From a virus (lineage: Duplodnaviria; Caudoviricetes), in IMG/VR virus record IMGVR_UViG_3300020598_000119: a stretch of 64,000 nt of DNA; one strand, written 5' to 3'. Position 1 is the stretch's first letter. Each line of letters opens with the position of its first letter. The position numbers were made by a program, and so were the translations under genes. The notes beneath the pieces were generated by a model that worked only from the letters and a program-made list of their open reading frames with translations, did no database searches and was not told the origin of the DNA. Below are positions 17,024 to 27,570 of this stretch, piece by piece.

Positions 17024-18190
17024 CTATTTCAGAGCACGAAGAACGCCACGAATTGCGCGCTCTGCAACGGGCACGACAACAGACTCCCCAAGAAGATGGT
17101 AAGTGGTCTCTTCATGGGTGGGAACCTTGAATTCGGGGTCTATCCCCAACAGATTCTTGACCTCACCAACCGTTAGCATTCGATGGCCGATGTCGGTTTT
17201 GACAACCGCTGCAGACGGATCGTGCCAATAGTCATAATCGATGCGACCAGCGTGCTGCCGAGGGAACTTGCGTGCGCTCTCCCGTACGCTTGAGAGCACA
17301 GGTCCGTCATTGGCTGCTCGGTCTATAAAGGAGGAAGCCAGACGAGTAACAATTTCCGTACCAACCGGACGAACCACTGCGGTAAATGACGGTGCGACCG
17401 CAATAAAAAGCTCGTGTCCTTCCATAGGAACAAACCACTCGACATCAATAACCATCGGCTGGACTTCGTGATTACGGAAATGTCGAGCGATGACCTTACA
17501 ATATGCGTCTGGATCTATTCCCAATCTCTGACCAATTGTCCAATCGACACGGAACAAAGTACAAGCTGTTCGCTTTCGACGGCCTGCTGCGGTTTCAATG
17601 ATCTTCGTGACTGCGGGATCGACCTGCCCAATGCCTACGAAAGCCGAAAAGGGCAGATTGACCAGCGTTAAATCAACAGTGACATCCGTTTCCAAAAGAC
17701 TATCGCTGCCGCGATTTTCACTGAAAGTGGGTCGCGCCATGGGAGCAACCAAACAGGAGCCATGCGGAACGCCCCCGATATTCATCGCCGCTAAGCCAAG
17801 TGCACCAAGTCCTGGATTAATTTCTGTGAAGGAAAAGACCTGGTCGGCCACCCCTAGCTCCAACGAATCTTCTACCATCATCCGTAACACAGAGAGAAGA
17901 CGTTGTGCATAGGTGACGCGATCAGTGTCCGCCTTAATCAAGGCGACAAGCTCAGGATTTTCGATCAAGGCGGAAGGTGAAAGATCGCCAGCCAGATCCA
18001 ACTTATTCAATGCGTCGGAAAAAACCGACTTAATCTTCGGAATGGACGTTTTGGGATGACCCGACACGCAAAGCCAAGTCACCAGCGAGCGCACAACGTC
18101 GCGGCGACGAATTTCAACGTTTATGCTGTCAGCCTGCTGACCATCTAAAGAAGTCATAAATCCCTGCCAATTCGATATCTGCCATACCAA
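17024..18190 (-). CDS. degenerate C5-methyltransferase-like protein
   Basis: Motif I-like EINPGLGALGLA and motif IX/X-like RMLTVGEV...LGESVVVPVAE; no PC or ENV. Confidence 0.55.
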   Translation of the reverse strand: MVWQISNWQGFMTSLDGQQADSINVEIRRRDVVRSLVTWLCVSGHPKTSIPKIKSVFSDALNKLDLAGDLSPSALIENPELVALIKADTDRVTYAQRLLSVLRMMVEDSLELGVADQVFSFTEINPGLGALGLAAMNIGGVPHGSCLVAPMARPTFSENRGSDSLLETDVTVDLTLVNLPFSAFVGIGQVDPAVTKIIETAAGRRKRTACTLFRVDWTIGQRLGIDPDAYCKVIARHFRNHEVQPMVIDVEWFVPMEGHELFIAVAPSFTAVVRPVGTEIVTRLASSFIDRAANDGPVLSSVRESARKFPRQHAGRIDYDYWHDPSAAVVKTDIGHRMLTVGEVKNLLGIDPEFKVPTHEETTYHLLGESVVVPVAERAIRGVLRALK

Positions 18191-18409
18191 ATCGTTGTCA
18201 AAATTAGGTAATGAAGCTGAATTTATCCTGTTTTAATCACCTGAAATTGTCAACCAATTTGCACTGCGCCTGTGATTTAAAATAAACACGATTTATCGAA
18301 ACTGCCTTAAATCAAGAGATTTAAGGAATTATCGAGGACCGTATCTATTGCGCCGATGGCCGAATTAAACATATTATGCAAAATCCATTTAACAAAGAAG
18401 GTACAGCAA

Positions 18410-18616
18410 GTGGAAGTTAAGGTTCGCGATAATCAGGTTGATAAGGCACTTCGAGTTCTCAAGCGAAAGCTGCAGGCAGAAGGCATTTTCCGTGAGATGC
18501 GACAGCGCGAGTTTTATGAATCTCCATCGGAAAAGCGTCGCCGCGAAAAAAACGAAGCTACACGCCGTTATCAGCGCGAGCGTCGCAGGCAAGCTGAAGC
18601 TGACCGTCGTCGCTAA
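18410..18616 (+). CDS. rpsU: 30S ribosomal protein bS21
   Basis: [41 protein letters not shown]. Confidence 0.9.
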   Translation: MEVKVRDNQVDKALRVLKRKLQAEGIFREMRQREFYESPSEKRRREKNEATRRYQRERRRQAEADRRR

Positions 18617-18630
18617 GCAGGAGAATTATC

Positions 18631-18882
18631 GTGGCTTGTGATGTCGTTGTAACAGAAGGTGGACGCCTTACAATTGTTTGCGACGCAGGACCACGAATAC
18701 CTCAGGCCGCCTTAATACAGGGCGGTCATATTTTTTTGGTGTATGATGGTGGGCACTTCCATCTAGGTGAGTTGATGCCAGCTGTTTACACTCAAGCCCT
18801 CAAATGCACATTCGCCATGTTCGTCATGATGGATGGAGTGTCGGTGAAATCTTCGACCGAGATCAGGCTGCAAATTGACTGA
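18631..18882 (+). CDS. hypothetical protein
   Basis: AGGAG RBS; sits in the same operon as rpsU. Confidence 0.55.
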   Translation: MACDVVVTEGGRLTIVCDAGPRIPQAALIQGGHIFLVYDGGHFHLGELMPAVYTQALKCTFAMFVMMDGVSVKSSTEIRLQID

Positions 18883-19504
18883 AGCAGCGAATAATAGCCG
18901 TTTAATCCTACCAGAAACCATATCGTTCCTGATTGGCGAACTCGGTCAGATCGCATCAGACGACATTGCGTGGTCGGAAACGATAACTCCTCCATCCAAT
19001 CCCGAAGACTTTGCTGTCGAAGCCATATGGATCATCTGTAATTCCGGAATGAAGGCCACGATTGCGAGGCAAATCGAAGGGCGAGTTCTCGCGGCTATCA
19101 AATCAGGTCGTTCCATCCACGAAGTGTTCGGTCATAAAGGCAAAGCGGCGGCGATGGAGACCATCTGGAGCGAACGGCAGCGGTTTTTCGACGAATTTAA
19201 TAATGCTACTGACAAGCTCTCATATCTCGAAACCATGCCGTGGATCGGCAAAATCACGAAGTACCACCTGGCCAAGAACTACGGTGTCGACTGCGCCAAG
19301 CCTGACATCCATCTCCAGCGGCTAGCTGATAGAGAGAATACTTCAGTTCATGAGATGTGCGCGAGACTCGCTACCGAAACTGGATATCGCATCGCCACAA
19401 TCGACGTTATTCTGTGGCGAGCGTGCGCCACAGGACTGATCAATTCGCGAACAGGGGAGATTTGTCCAAAGCGTGAAATGCCCACTATCCTCAATAACCA
19501 ATGA
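18875..19504 (+). CDS. HhH-type DNA glycosylase-like hypothetical protein
   Basis: MPWIGKITKYHLAKNYG-DCAKPDIHL and IDVILWR. Confidence 0.55.
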   Translation: MTEAANNSRLILPETISFLIGELGQIASDDIAWSETITPPSNPEDFAVEAIWIICNSGMKATIARQIEGRVLAAIKSGRSIHEVFGHKGKAAAMETIWSERQRFFDEFNNATDKLSYLETMPWIGKITKYHLAKNYGVDCAKPDIHLQRLADRENTSVHEMCARLATETGYRIATIDVILWRACATGLINSRTGEICPKREMPTILNNQ

Positions 19505-19517
19505 TAGGAGCAAGAGC

Positions 19518-19805
19518 ATGGGTACACTTCCTGGCATTTCATCGATTTCGGACCCAGACGAAATCGCATTCACCCCTATAGGCGAAGGCTTTCTCAAAAA
19601 GCATGGCCGAATAAAGTGTCCTTGTTGCCGCCAAGACGGCGTTGAACGCATCGTTGAGATCGCTCCTGCCGTGAACGGTGCTACTCGTAAGCAAGCTGCA
19701 GTTTGCCGCAATCATGAAGAAGAGGGACGGCAGGCATTCAGGCGGTCCTGGGAGTCGTCCAGACCAGATTACTCTGACGCAGCGTTCTCGCTTGGAATGC
19801 GGTAG
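19518..19805 (+). CDS. hypothetical protein
   Basis: AGGAG RBS; CPCC and CxxH motifs. Confidence 0.55.
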   Translation: MGTLPGISSISDPDEIAFTPIGEGFLKKHGRIKCPCCRQDGVERIVEIAPAVNGATRKQAAVCRNHEEEGRQAFRRSWESSRPDYSDAAFSLGMR

Positions 19806-19914
19806 AAATTCACATGGGGAGTCTAAGAATCTAATAGATTCAATAGCTTAAGTCGTAGTCCCTGTTGACATCAGGATCGGCGATAGCCTAGCCTGCTCAG
19901 AAAGGAGTACGGCT

Positions 19915-20376
19915 ATGGCATCTATATATTTCAAAGGACGCATCGACTTCGAGACGCTCTCAATGAGCGAGATAAGCGCGATCACCGCTGCTGTCGCAAC
20001 ACTGGAAACGATGGCTAAGAAGCATGGGTTCGAGTTTGTCTCTGGCCCTTCGCGCAAAGGATCTCCTCGGCCAGATATGGCAGGACCAAGATCGACCACT
20101 CGGCCAAAGGCACAACGCCGATTGCTGTTAGCGCTCATCTCTCGCGATCACCCAATGACAGTACGTGAAATAGCTGAAACCACCGGATTAAAAGAGGGAA
20201 CGATTAATCCGCATCTTTCAGCACTCTACAGCAGTGGAATAATTCACCGTATAAGGCAACGGATTCCTGCACCTGAAGGATTCGGGAGGAAATCAACTAC
20301 GGCATATTCCCTCACGGAAGATGGAATAGCCGTCGCCGAAGAAATAAGAAAATCAGGCGAAACTCTGATCGACTGA
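19915..20376 (+). CDS. winged-helix DNA-binding protein
   Basis: MTVREIAETTGLKEGTINPHLSALYSSGII...YSLTEDG. Confidence 0.8.
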   Translation: MASIYFKGRIDFETLSMSEISAITAAVATLETMAKKHGFEFVSGPSRKGSPRPDMAGPRSTTRPKAQRRLLLALISRDHPMTVREIAETTGLKEGTINPHLSALYSSGIIHRIRQRIPAPEGFGRKSTTAYSLTEDGIAVAEEIRKSGETLID

Positions 20377-20463
20377 TTTTCATTCTTGCAATTGTCCGCT
20401 TCAGACGGCATAAGTGGTTTTATGTGCAAGTTATTGAAAATCACAGCAGGCAATCCTGCATCG

Positions 20464-20490
20464 ATGAATTGGTGGCGCTCAGTCAACTGA
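20464..20490 (+). CDS. Trp leader peptide (MNWWRSVN; may start further upstream in frame at 20434 or 20422)
   Basis: Tandem TGG TGG upstream of trpS, with alternative stems downstream. Confidence 0.65.
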   Translation: MNWWRSVN

Positions 20491-20617
20491 GCGGCCCATA
20501 ACGTATGCACGTTTAAATTTCAAACACGTAGACGAATGGGACCGTTCCGCAGGGAAGGGCTTCTATTCGAATTCCGACATTGCGGGCGGTCCTCAATCAT
20601 CAGGAAAGGACCATCCA

Positions 20618-21625
20618 ATGTCTACCATCAATAGCGCCCCAATCGCACTAACGGGCGACCGTCCGACTGGACCTCTTCATCTCGGTCACTACGCAGGCTC
20701 TCTGCAGCAGCGACTTCGTCTTCAGGATGAAGGATATCGTTGCTTCGTTATGATTGCCGACATGCAGGCGTACACCGACAATGCAGACAACACCGCGAAG
20801 ATCAGAGACGCCATTCCGCAGGTGGTCTCGGACTATCTCGCAATCGGTCTCGATCCTAGTAGGACAACAATCTTCCTGCAGTCGGCCGTGCCTGAACTCG
20901 CAGAGCTGACGATGCTCTATATGAATTTCATCACGGTGTCCCGTCTGGAGCGAAATCCGACGATCCGCGATGAACTCAAGTTGCGAGAATTCGAGCGTGA
21001 TATCCCTTCAGGCTTCCTGTGCTACCCAGTATCGCAAGCGGCCGACATAACGGCGTTCAAGGCCACTTGTGTCCCAGTTGGAGGTGACCAGCTCCCAATG
21101 ATTGAATTGGCTCAGGAAGTCGCCAGAAAGATCAACCGCGCAGGCGGCAGGGAAATTCTGCCAACGCCAAAGAGCCTCCTGTCCAAGGTCACACGCCTTC
21201 CAGGAATCGACGGCAAAGCGAAGGCGAGCAAGTCTCTTGGCAACGCCATATTCCTTTCGGACAGCCAGAAAGAGGTAAAGGACAAGGTCATGGCGATGTA
21301 CACCGACCCCAACCACATCCGCGTCAGTGACCCCGGACAGGTCGAAGGAAATGTCGTGTTTTCGTACCTGGACGCCTTCGAAAACGACCAGGAGAAGGTT
21401 GAAGACCTGAAGAGACGGTATCGTGCGGGCGGCTTGGGCGATGTCACAATCAAGAAGGAGCTGATCTCATCCCTTGAACGGGTCATGATGCCTATTCGTG
21501 ACCAGCGGGCGGCAAATGATGCCGATTACAAAGACATCATCCGTCAGGGATCGCAGGAAGCAAGAGAAGTTGCGGCGCAAACGCTTGCTGATGTCAAAGA
21601 CGCACTCGGTGTGTTCTCAATCTAA
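20618..21625 (+). CDS. trpS: tryptophanyl-tRNA synthetase
   Basis: TGDRPTGPLHLGH, YPVSQAADI, VPVGGDQ, KASKS (KMSKS variant) and MYTDPNH. Confidence 0.96.
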   Translation: MSTINSAPIALTGDRPTGPLHLGHYAGSLQQRLRLQDEGYRCFVMIADMQAYTDNADNTAKIRDAIPQVVSDYLAIGLDPSRTTIFLQSAVPELAELTMLYMNFITVSRLERNPTIRDELKLREFERDIPSGFLCYPVSQAADITAFKATCVPVGGDQLPMIELAQEVARKINRAGGREILPTPKSLLSKVTRLPGIDGKAKASKSLGNAIFLSDSQKEVKDKVMAMYTDPNHIRVSDPGQVEGNVVFSYLDAFENDQEKVEDLKRRYRAGGLGDVTIKKELISSLERVMMPIRDQRAANDADYKDIIRQGSQEAREVAAQTLADVKDALGVFSI

Positions 21626-21665
21626 ACCACAGAAAAAGGCTCCTACATATGGAGCTTTTTTAGAT

Positions 21666-22272
21666 TTATGGAGCAGGGGCGCTAAATCCTGCTTCATTAT
21701 CATAGTCGCCGTAGTCAATGCAATTTTTGAAAACAATTCGGAAGGTATCATCAGCAGAACGCCGCTCGGACATCTTCTCGATCATTTTCTCACAATCCGA
21801 AACGAGAGCACGAACGAACGTAGCGCCGTCTGCGGTGATGCACTCTGCTTCAAAAAAAAATCTCAACCTTGTCAGCAAAGCCTCGATCTTGAATAGTCTG
21901 GACATTCGCCTCGATGATATCCGAAATCGTCCTGCGAAGCGCTCTTCCGTGCCCTTTACCTCTAAGAGTTGGGTTCACAAAAACTCCATGCAGATTATAG
22001 GAACATTTGGCCACCCACTCTTCACCCTGCAGCTCCCTGTGTGACATCATATCGAAAGCCGCAAATCCTGTAGAAAAACTCCCCCAACCTGATTTTACCG
22101 AGATCAATTTTTGGTCGTACGCAACTGCGTTGTCGATCCAAGCGATTGGATCGCAATCATCATCTGATATGCCGATCCCGCGCTTCAGGTCGTCTATCTG
22201 ACTGCCCGTAACTAGAGACGTCTGGAAAAGAGGAAAGCCAAGAGAAGGCAAGTTGTTTACTGTCTTATCCAT
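21666..22272 (-). pseudogene. GNAT acetyltransferase-like gene split by a frameshift at a T9 run
   Basis: VFVNPTLRGKGHG motif A in the upstream ORF; the frame switches at the homopolymer 21852-21860. Confidence 0.6.
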
Positions 22273-22425
22273 TGAGGTCGTTATCCCGTGTCTCTTTAAA
22301 TCCTAATTATGATTTGTGTGGCGCATCTCACAAGCCGACACATTTGTGGGTTTCATCCTTCGCGCACAAAATTGGAGAACGATCACAACTTGACAGGCCG
22401 AGCCACATCATGTGCCTATCTCGGC

Positions 22426-24726
22426 ATGGAGACCAACATGGAAATCAGCCGCGTCACAACGCCCAAGGAATTTTTCGTCAAGGAGCGCGATTCCTTCTAC
22501 AGCCTCTGGACGCTATCATTCTGGCGTGAGTTTTTTCAGAATAGTGTTGATGCCGGATCAAAGAATATCGACATCAACATAAGCACAGAAGAAGGTCGCG
22601 GTGACTTTGATAACATCGGTAATTCCGAAAAGAAAGTGACTCGCATCGTTTTTACTGATGACGGTTGCGGCATGACTGAAGAGGTCCTCAACAAGGTCTA
22701 CTTCGCCATCGGACAGACCACCAAAGATGACGGCTCAAGCGTTGGCGGTTACGGCCGCGCTCGCCTGATGACCTGCTTTTCACAGGACCGATATTCCATC
22801 CTTACGCGTGATCGTTATGTGATGGGCAATGGCCCTGACTACGTGAACTTCAGCCTTGATGAAGCCGAGCGCGAGCTTGTTAAGGCGCTGGAGGAGATGC
22901 CAGAGCCACCAGCTGACGATTATATCAGGCATCGCAATTACTTGATCAGTCGCCGTGGTTTGAACAGCGATCTAGAGATGGTGCGAGAGTCCAAGGCACA
23001 GGGCGGATTCAATGGCTGCCGTGTTGAGGTCGACCTGGACCAGTCCACTGGCAACTACAGAAACAGACCGACGACGGAAACGATGAATGAGCGGCTCAGG
23101 ACATATCTGTCTGAAAGCCAGATCAAGCCTAACGTCACCATCAATGGTAAGACGCCGGAAGAGTATTTCGAGGCCGAGAACAAGATACAGGCTCGTCGCG
23201 GGCGTACCAAGCGCACACTTTCGACCGAAATCGACGGTCAAATGACAGAGTTCGCCACTGTCCACATCAGCGACAGCGATAAAGCCATCCACAAGGGAAA
23301 GGCTATTATCCGCGTCGATGGCGCGTCAATGTACACCGTCTCGCTAGACCCAGAGGTCCAGGTGATCATCGAGATCAACCAAAAACTCTCGCGTCTAGCC
23401 CTCACCTCCAATCGAGATGGTATGAAGGAAGGCTTCAGCGATGCCCTCCATAAGTTTATCACCGAGCTGAACATCGACAACACGTCCGCTCTGGCCGATA
23501 AAGTCAGCAAAGACAACTACAAAATTAAGGGCGATAAGGGGATGCTGGTAGCTACCCTACCAAGCCTGTCCAAAATCACCTCAGAAGATCTATCGTTCGA
23601 GGAACAGCACGCAGCTGTCGAAATCTCGACACGTGTAAAATCATCCTCGGTAAACACGCTTGAAGATCTCAAGGAACGAGGCATATCGCAGGATGCAATT
23701 GAGGAACTTGTCAAGAAAACTCATTGGGGGGAGAGCATCGTTTCAAAGATGCGGTGGTCCTATGATTTCCCGCTAAAGAACGATGTCGAACAGTTCATCA
23801 ACTCCGTTCAGGACAGAATATATGAAGGCGATGCCAAGGCCGACATCTTCCTGAAGTACGCTTCCGCTCCGCTCAAGGAATGGATCATCCAGACGCTTGG
23901 CACCCGCAATGAGAAAGCGCTTGAGCAGACAAGGGCTGAGAACGAGCAACGCCTGAAGGATATGAATGACGTCTATGTCAGCATTGTATCCACGAACGAA
24001 AAGACGCGTGCTGCCATCCGACGAAACGATCCGAGGAAGTGGAACACTGCGACAGGTAAGGGCCGAGTGCCTCGCGCACTATTGTCAGCTTGGACAGCTG
24101 CCTGCTCGGTCGCCGTAGAGACCCTGATTAAGTCTAGGCCGTCAGCCGAGAACTTCCGGTGGACAACAGGGTGGGTATATTCGGTGCCAGAAGAGACCTT
24201 CCAAGGCGACAGATCCAGATCCGTATCGATTGAAGCCATGTGCTCTCTGAAAGACAGCGAGTACAAGTTCCTTCTCAATCCGATCAAGGAAGACGGTGTC
24301 CTTCGTTACTCAGTGACGGATGCCAAGGATCGTCAGCACTTGCAGGCACTTGCCATGCATGAAGTCGCCCACGTTCTGGAACACTACCACAATGAGTCTT
24401 ATGCAGGCGTTCTGACCGACCTGATGATCAACTACGACTTCAACGAAGCCAACAAGCGCATGAAGGAGTCAGTGAAGGCGGTTCTCTCTGCCTACGAAAG
24501 CGGCAGAGCAGTCGTCCAGCCAATGGACAAGGAGCCAGGTCCGCGACCAGCGGAACGCCTGATGGCTCTCGCTACGGCGAACGATCCAGAAGCAGCAGGG
24601 GAAGCGATTACCTGCAACGAGGACGGCACGTATCAAGTCGACACCGAGCGTCTGCAGGATCACGTCCAAGGCTACGACCATGTCCCCGACGACGCGAACA
24701 AAGTACAGTTCGGATACGGAAGATAA
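22426..24726 (+). CDS. GHKL (Hsp90/MutL-like) ATPase with a C-terminal HExxH motif
   Basis: REFFQNSVDA, DDGCGM and GGYGRA; MHEVAH near the C-terminus. Confidence 0.8.
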   Translation: METNMEISRVTTPKEFFVKERDSFYSLWTLSFWREFFQNSVDAGSKNIDINISTEEGRGDFDNIGNSEKKVTRIVFTDDGCGMTEEVLNKVYFAIGQTTKDDGSSVGGYGRARLMTCFSQDRYSILTRDRYVMGNGPDYVNFSLDEAERELVKALEEMPEPPADDYIRHRNYLISRRGLNSDLEMVRESKAQGGFNGCRVEVDLDQSTGNYRNRPTTETMNERLRTYLSESQIKPNVTINGKTPEEYFEAENKIQARRGRTKRTLSTEIDGQMTEFATVHISDSDKAIHKGKAIIRVDGASMYTVSLDPEVQVIIEINQKLSRLALTSNRDGMKEGFSDALHKFITELNIDNTSALADKVSKDNYKIKGDKGMLVATLPSLSKITSEDLSFEEQHAAVEISTRVKSSSVNTLEDLKERGISQDAIEELVKKTHWGESIVSKMRWSYDFPLKNDVEQFINSVQDRIYEGDAKADIFLKYASAPLKEWIIQTLGTRNEKALEQTRAENEQRLKDMNDVYVSIVSTNEKTRAAIRRNDPRKWNTATGKGRVPRALLSAWTAACSVAVETLIKSRPSAENFRWTTGWVYSVPEETFQGDRSRSVSIEAMCSLKDSEYKFLLNPIKEDGVLRYSVTDAKDRQHLQALAMHEVAHVLEHYHNESYAGVLTDLMINYDFNEANKRMKESVKAVLSAYESGRAVVQPMDKEPGPRPAERLMALATANDPEAAGEAITCNEDGTYQVDTERLQDHVQGYDHVPDDANKVQFGYGR

Positions 24727-24728
24727 AC

Positions 24729-25373
24729 ATGTCCAGTATCCCGACATTTGACGAACTCATTACCGAAGAATGGTTCAACAAAGGAATGGAAAACGGAAAC
24801 TTCGTTCCTGGTCATGGATCGGATATTGGCGAGCTGATTGCCGATATCCAAGACGGGGCAGCATGGCTTCCAGCCTGCCCAGATCACCTGAAGAATGTTG
24901 ATGTGATTGAAGCTGGCGAAGACCCAGAAATGCGTGCGGTCATTTGGCAATGGCTTGAGAAACGATATGCCGAAGTCATCGAAAATCTGCCGAAAGGCGA
25001 GCAGCTAAAACTTTATCGTGTCATGCGTGTCAATGATGATTGGATCGACGACCTGAAAACAGGAAAAGTCACCACGGGCATTTACTTTAGTGATGATCCA
25101 TACGTGGACGGCGGCTTCTGGCTTGATGAGAAAAAGTCTAACGAAATTCGATTGGAAGTCACAGTTAATCGAGCTGACATAGATTGGCACGGGACCATTC
25201 TTGCACGAATGGACTACATGACAGGCGACCCAGAAGCGGAAATTCGCATGAAAACGGACGCTCCTGTGATGGTTAATTCATTTTCTGACGATGACGATAC
25301 CTATGAAATACGGAAGTTACTTTCAACGGGACAACATTGGGTACAAGATGAAGCACCTTCGTTCGCTATGTAA
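24729..25373 (+). CDS. hypothetical protein
   Basis: Operonic 214-aa ORF. Confidence 0.7.
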   Translation: MSSIPTFDELITEEWFNKGMENGNFVPGHGSDIGELIADIQDGAAWLPACPDHLKNVDVIEAGEDPEMRAVIWQWLEKRYAEVIENLPKGEQLKLYRVMRVNDDWIDDLKTGKVTTGIYFSDDPYVDGGFWLDEKKSNEIRLEVTVNRADIDWHGTILARMDYMTGDPEAEIRMKTDAPVMVNSFSDDDDTYEIRKLLSTGQHWVQDEAPSFAM

Positions 25374-25391
25374 CAAACAAAAAAAGGAATA

Positions 25392-26126
25392 ATGATGGCT
25401 AAGCTTTACTTGTCAGACGACAGCCCGGAACTTCACGAAGGCGAAGATATATCACGCACGCATATGTATGTCTGCGCAAACTACGTTGAGTCCGACAACA
25501 ATCTCAACGGACGATCATTTGCTTATGCAGATGCTGTGATGAACGACGGCAACAGATTGTCTAGGGTTGAGTTCTCATCAGAACCCAAAGGCACTGGTTT
25601 CTGGGTCATGCAGCACATGCGGACCGAAGACGCCGCGAATTTCCCAGTGGGCAAGGAAGTAACGCTGCATATGCGTAAAGGCGAGAGAGGATTCCCCGAA
25701 TATTTCGCAATTACAGATGGATTTTTTAACAAGAAGGAGAAAGAAATGGCGACAACTAATGAAATCATAGATGAATTTCTCAACGAATTCGCCACCAAAT
25801 TTGCCATGGTGAAGGCTGAAAATACGGAACTAATCGGCACCCTGACAAACGAAGTCACATCTGCTGGTGAAGATCTTTCTTCTGACGTTTTTTACGATAT
25901 CACTGATGAACTCAAGGGCAAGCTGGGTTCGATGGTAGCTAACTTACTTCAAGACACCGATGATCAAGATGCAGCCATTAACCGGGTGGAAAATTGGGTG
26001 TCAGAAAATGTCGCTAACGCTGGAATCGAAGATGGCATTACTGCCGCGATATGGCTCAATGGCCCAGAGTCGGCTACAACTGCCATACGTGAAGGCTTGG
26101 ATAATAGCCCAAAATCTTCGATGTAA
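25392..26126 (+). CDS. hypothetical protein
   Basis: Operonic 244-aa ORF with an AAGGA RBS. Confidence 0.65.
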   Translation: MMAKLYLSDDSPELHEGEDISRTHMYVCANYVESDNNLNGRSFAYADAVMNDGNRLSRVEFSSEPKGTGFWVMQHMRTEDAANFPVGKEVTLHMRKGERGFPEYFAITDGFFNKKEKEMATTNEIIDEFLNEFATKFAMVKAENTELIGTLTNEVTSAGEDLSSDVFYDITDELKGKLGSMVANLLQDTDDQDAAINRVENWVSENVANAGIEDGITAAIWLNGPESATTAIREGLDNSPKSSM

Positions 26127-26138
26127 AAAATCAGTGGG

Positions 26139-26408
26139 TTAGGATGACAATGGTGCCTTCTTAACCCATTCCAGACCAATTCTTTTTGCACAATCCACCC
26201 CAACCGGAAGCGTGCCGTAGTCTTCTCTATAGTCCGAGGGGACCAAATGCTCATCGTCAGGATGCACAAAGCTGCACCCGTCTACAAATCGCGCATAGAA
26301 TTTTGGCTCACCCTTAATATCCTTTTGGCAAACGCAGCAATAAACTTTGGTTTTTGGATCACGCCTAAAATCAGGGTCGACGAAGGTGGTGCGAAAAGGA
26401 TTTTCCAT
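26139..26408 (-). CDS. small Cys-rich hypothetical protein
   Basis: CCVC...GVDCAKR. Confidence 0.55.
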   Translation of the reverse strand: MENPFRTTFVDPDFRRDPKTKVYCCVCQKDIKGEPKFYARFVDGCSFVHPDDEHLVPSDYREDYGTLPVGVDCAKRIGLEWVKKAPLSS

Positions 26409-26964
26409 ACCGCTCGTTTAAATAATATCAAATTGGGAGTCAAGCATTACCTTGATACAGATTGCCCAGCGATCTTTTGTCGATGACATTTATATCAACA
26501 GGAGAAGTTTTCTATGAGTCAAAAAAACACAAGATATAACTGACAGCAGCTTAAACTCAAGAAGTTTTCTAATGCCATCACTAAGCCATCAGATAACGAT
26601 GCTGTGATTTGAGAGAACAATCCCAAAGAAGACAGTTATGAAGAGCCAGCGACCTTTCTGTCGGAAAACACTGGCGGCTTGCGTTCAACGCATTCATGCT
26701 GATTGGAACAACTTTGGAACATTGAAATGAAAACTCAGCTTGTTTATCGCGATACAGGAAATATTCAAAACGGATTCAAAACGGTCATCACCGCTGGGTT
26801 TGCAGAGTTTCCTTTGGATGCCGAGTTGCCAGATGAAAAGAAAATCATCTCTTTGACAGATTGCTACTGCTTCGCTGCCCTTAGAAGTCGTCGACAGTTG
26901 GGGGCATAGCGATAACTATCAAGCGTACGGCATTGGAGATCTGCTAAGGCAATCGATCTGGAAT

Positions 26965-27570
26965 GTGCCAGCCACTCGCGGCTCACTTCAGAGATTTTTC
27001 CGTCGTACGAATGTAGAACCGTCGCGACCTGGTCTGGTCGTTATGGCTTTTGTTGGACTGACGGCATTCGCCCCTGACGATGAGATCGATGAAGACAATG
27101 TCTTCCAATTCCAATCCAATGGATTGGTTCAGGTCATAGAAGGGCGAATTGGCATCGAAGTGAAACCTGACTGGGGAACAGCTGGCTTTAAAGAACACAT
27201 GCGCGGGAACGCAATAAGCGCATTACTTCGCCGATGCACATGGGGCTTTGGTGATGAACCTGTCGGCCTGATGTCGGAGATGGCTCTCGGCATCAATGAA
27301 AATATGGATCGCTTTCGTGATCTAAAACTCGCAGACTCGATATCAGCTGACGAATGGGACGAATATCATAAGCTCGAAAAAGAACTGCAGCGACACGGCC
27401 TGGTCTCTCAATACGAGCAAGAAGAGTTTGTCGAGTTCTTGAAGAAGCGCCATGAACGAGGATTGGTGTTTCCGAGCACGCACCCAGTTACCCGAAACCA
27501 GCTCATGCAATCGGAAGAAGCCTCAACAGAGATCATGCGCGAAATTATGACTTCTAGCTTCAGGCCTTGA
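26965..27570 (+). CDS. hypothetical protein (start uncertain)
   Basis: 201-aa ORF. Confidence 0.5.
   Translation: MPATRGSLQRFFRRTNVEPSRPGLVVMAFVGLTAFAPDDEIDEDNVFQFQSNGLVQVIEGRIGIEVKPDWGTAGFKEHMRGNAISALLRRCTWGFGDEPVGLMSEMALGINENMDRFRDLKLADSISADEWDEYHKLEKELQRHGLVSQYEQEEFVEFLKKRHERGLVFPSTHPVTRNQLMQSEEASTEIMREIMTSSFRP

Noticed and set aside
16122-17102. 326-aa plus-strand ORF
   Set aside because: Antisense shadow of the well-supported C5-methyltransferase; no motifs.
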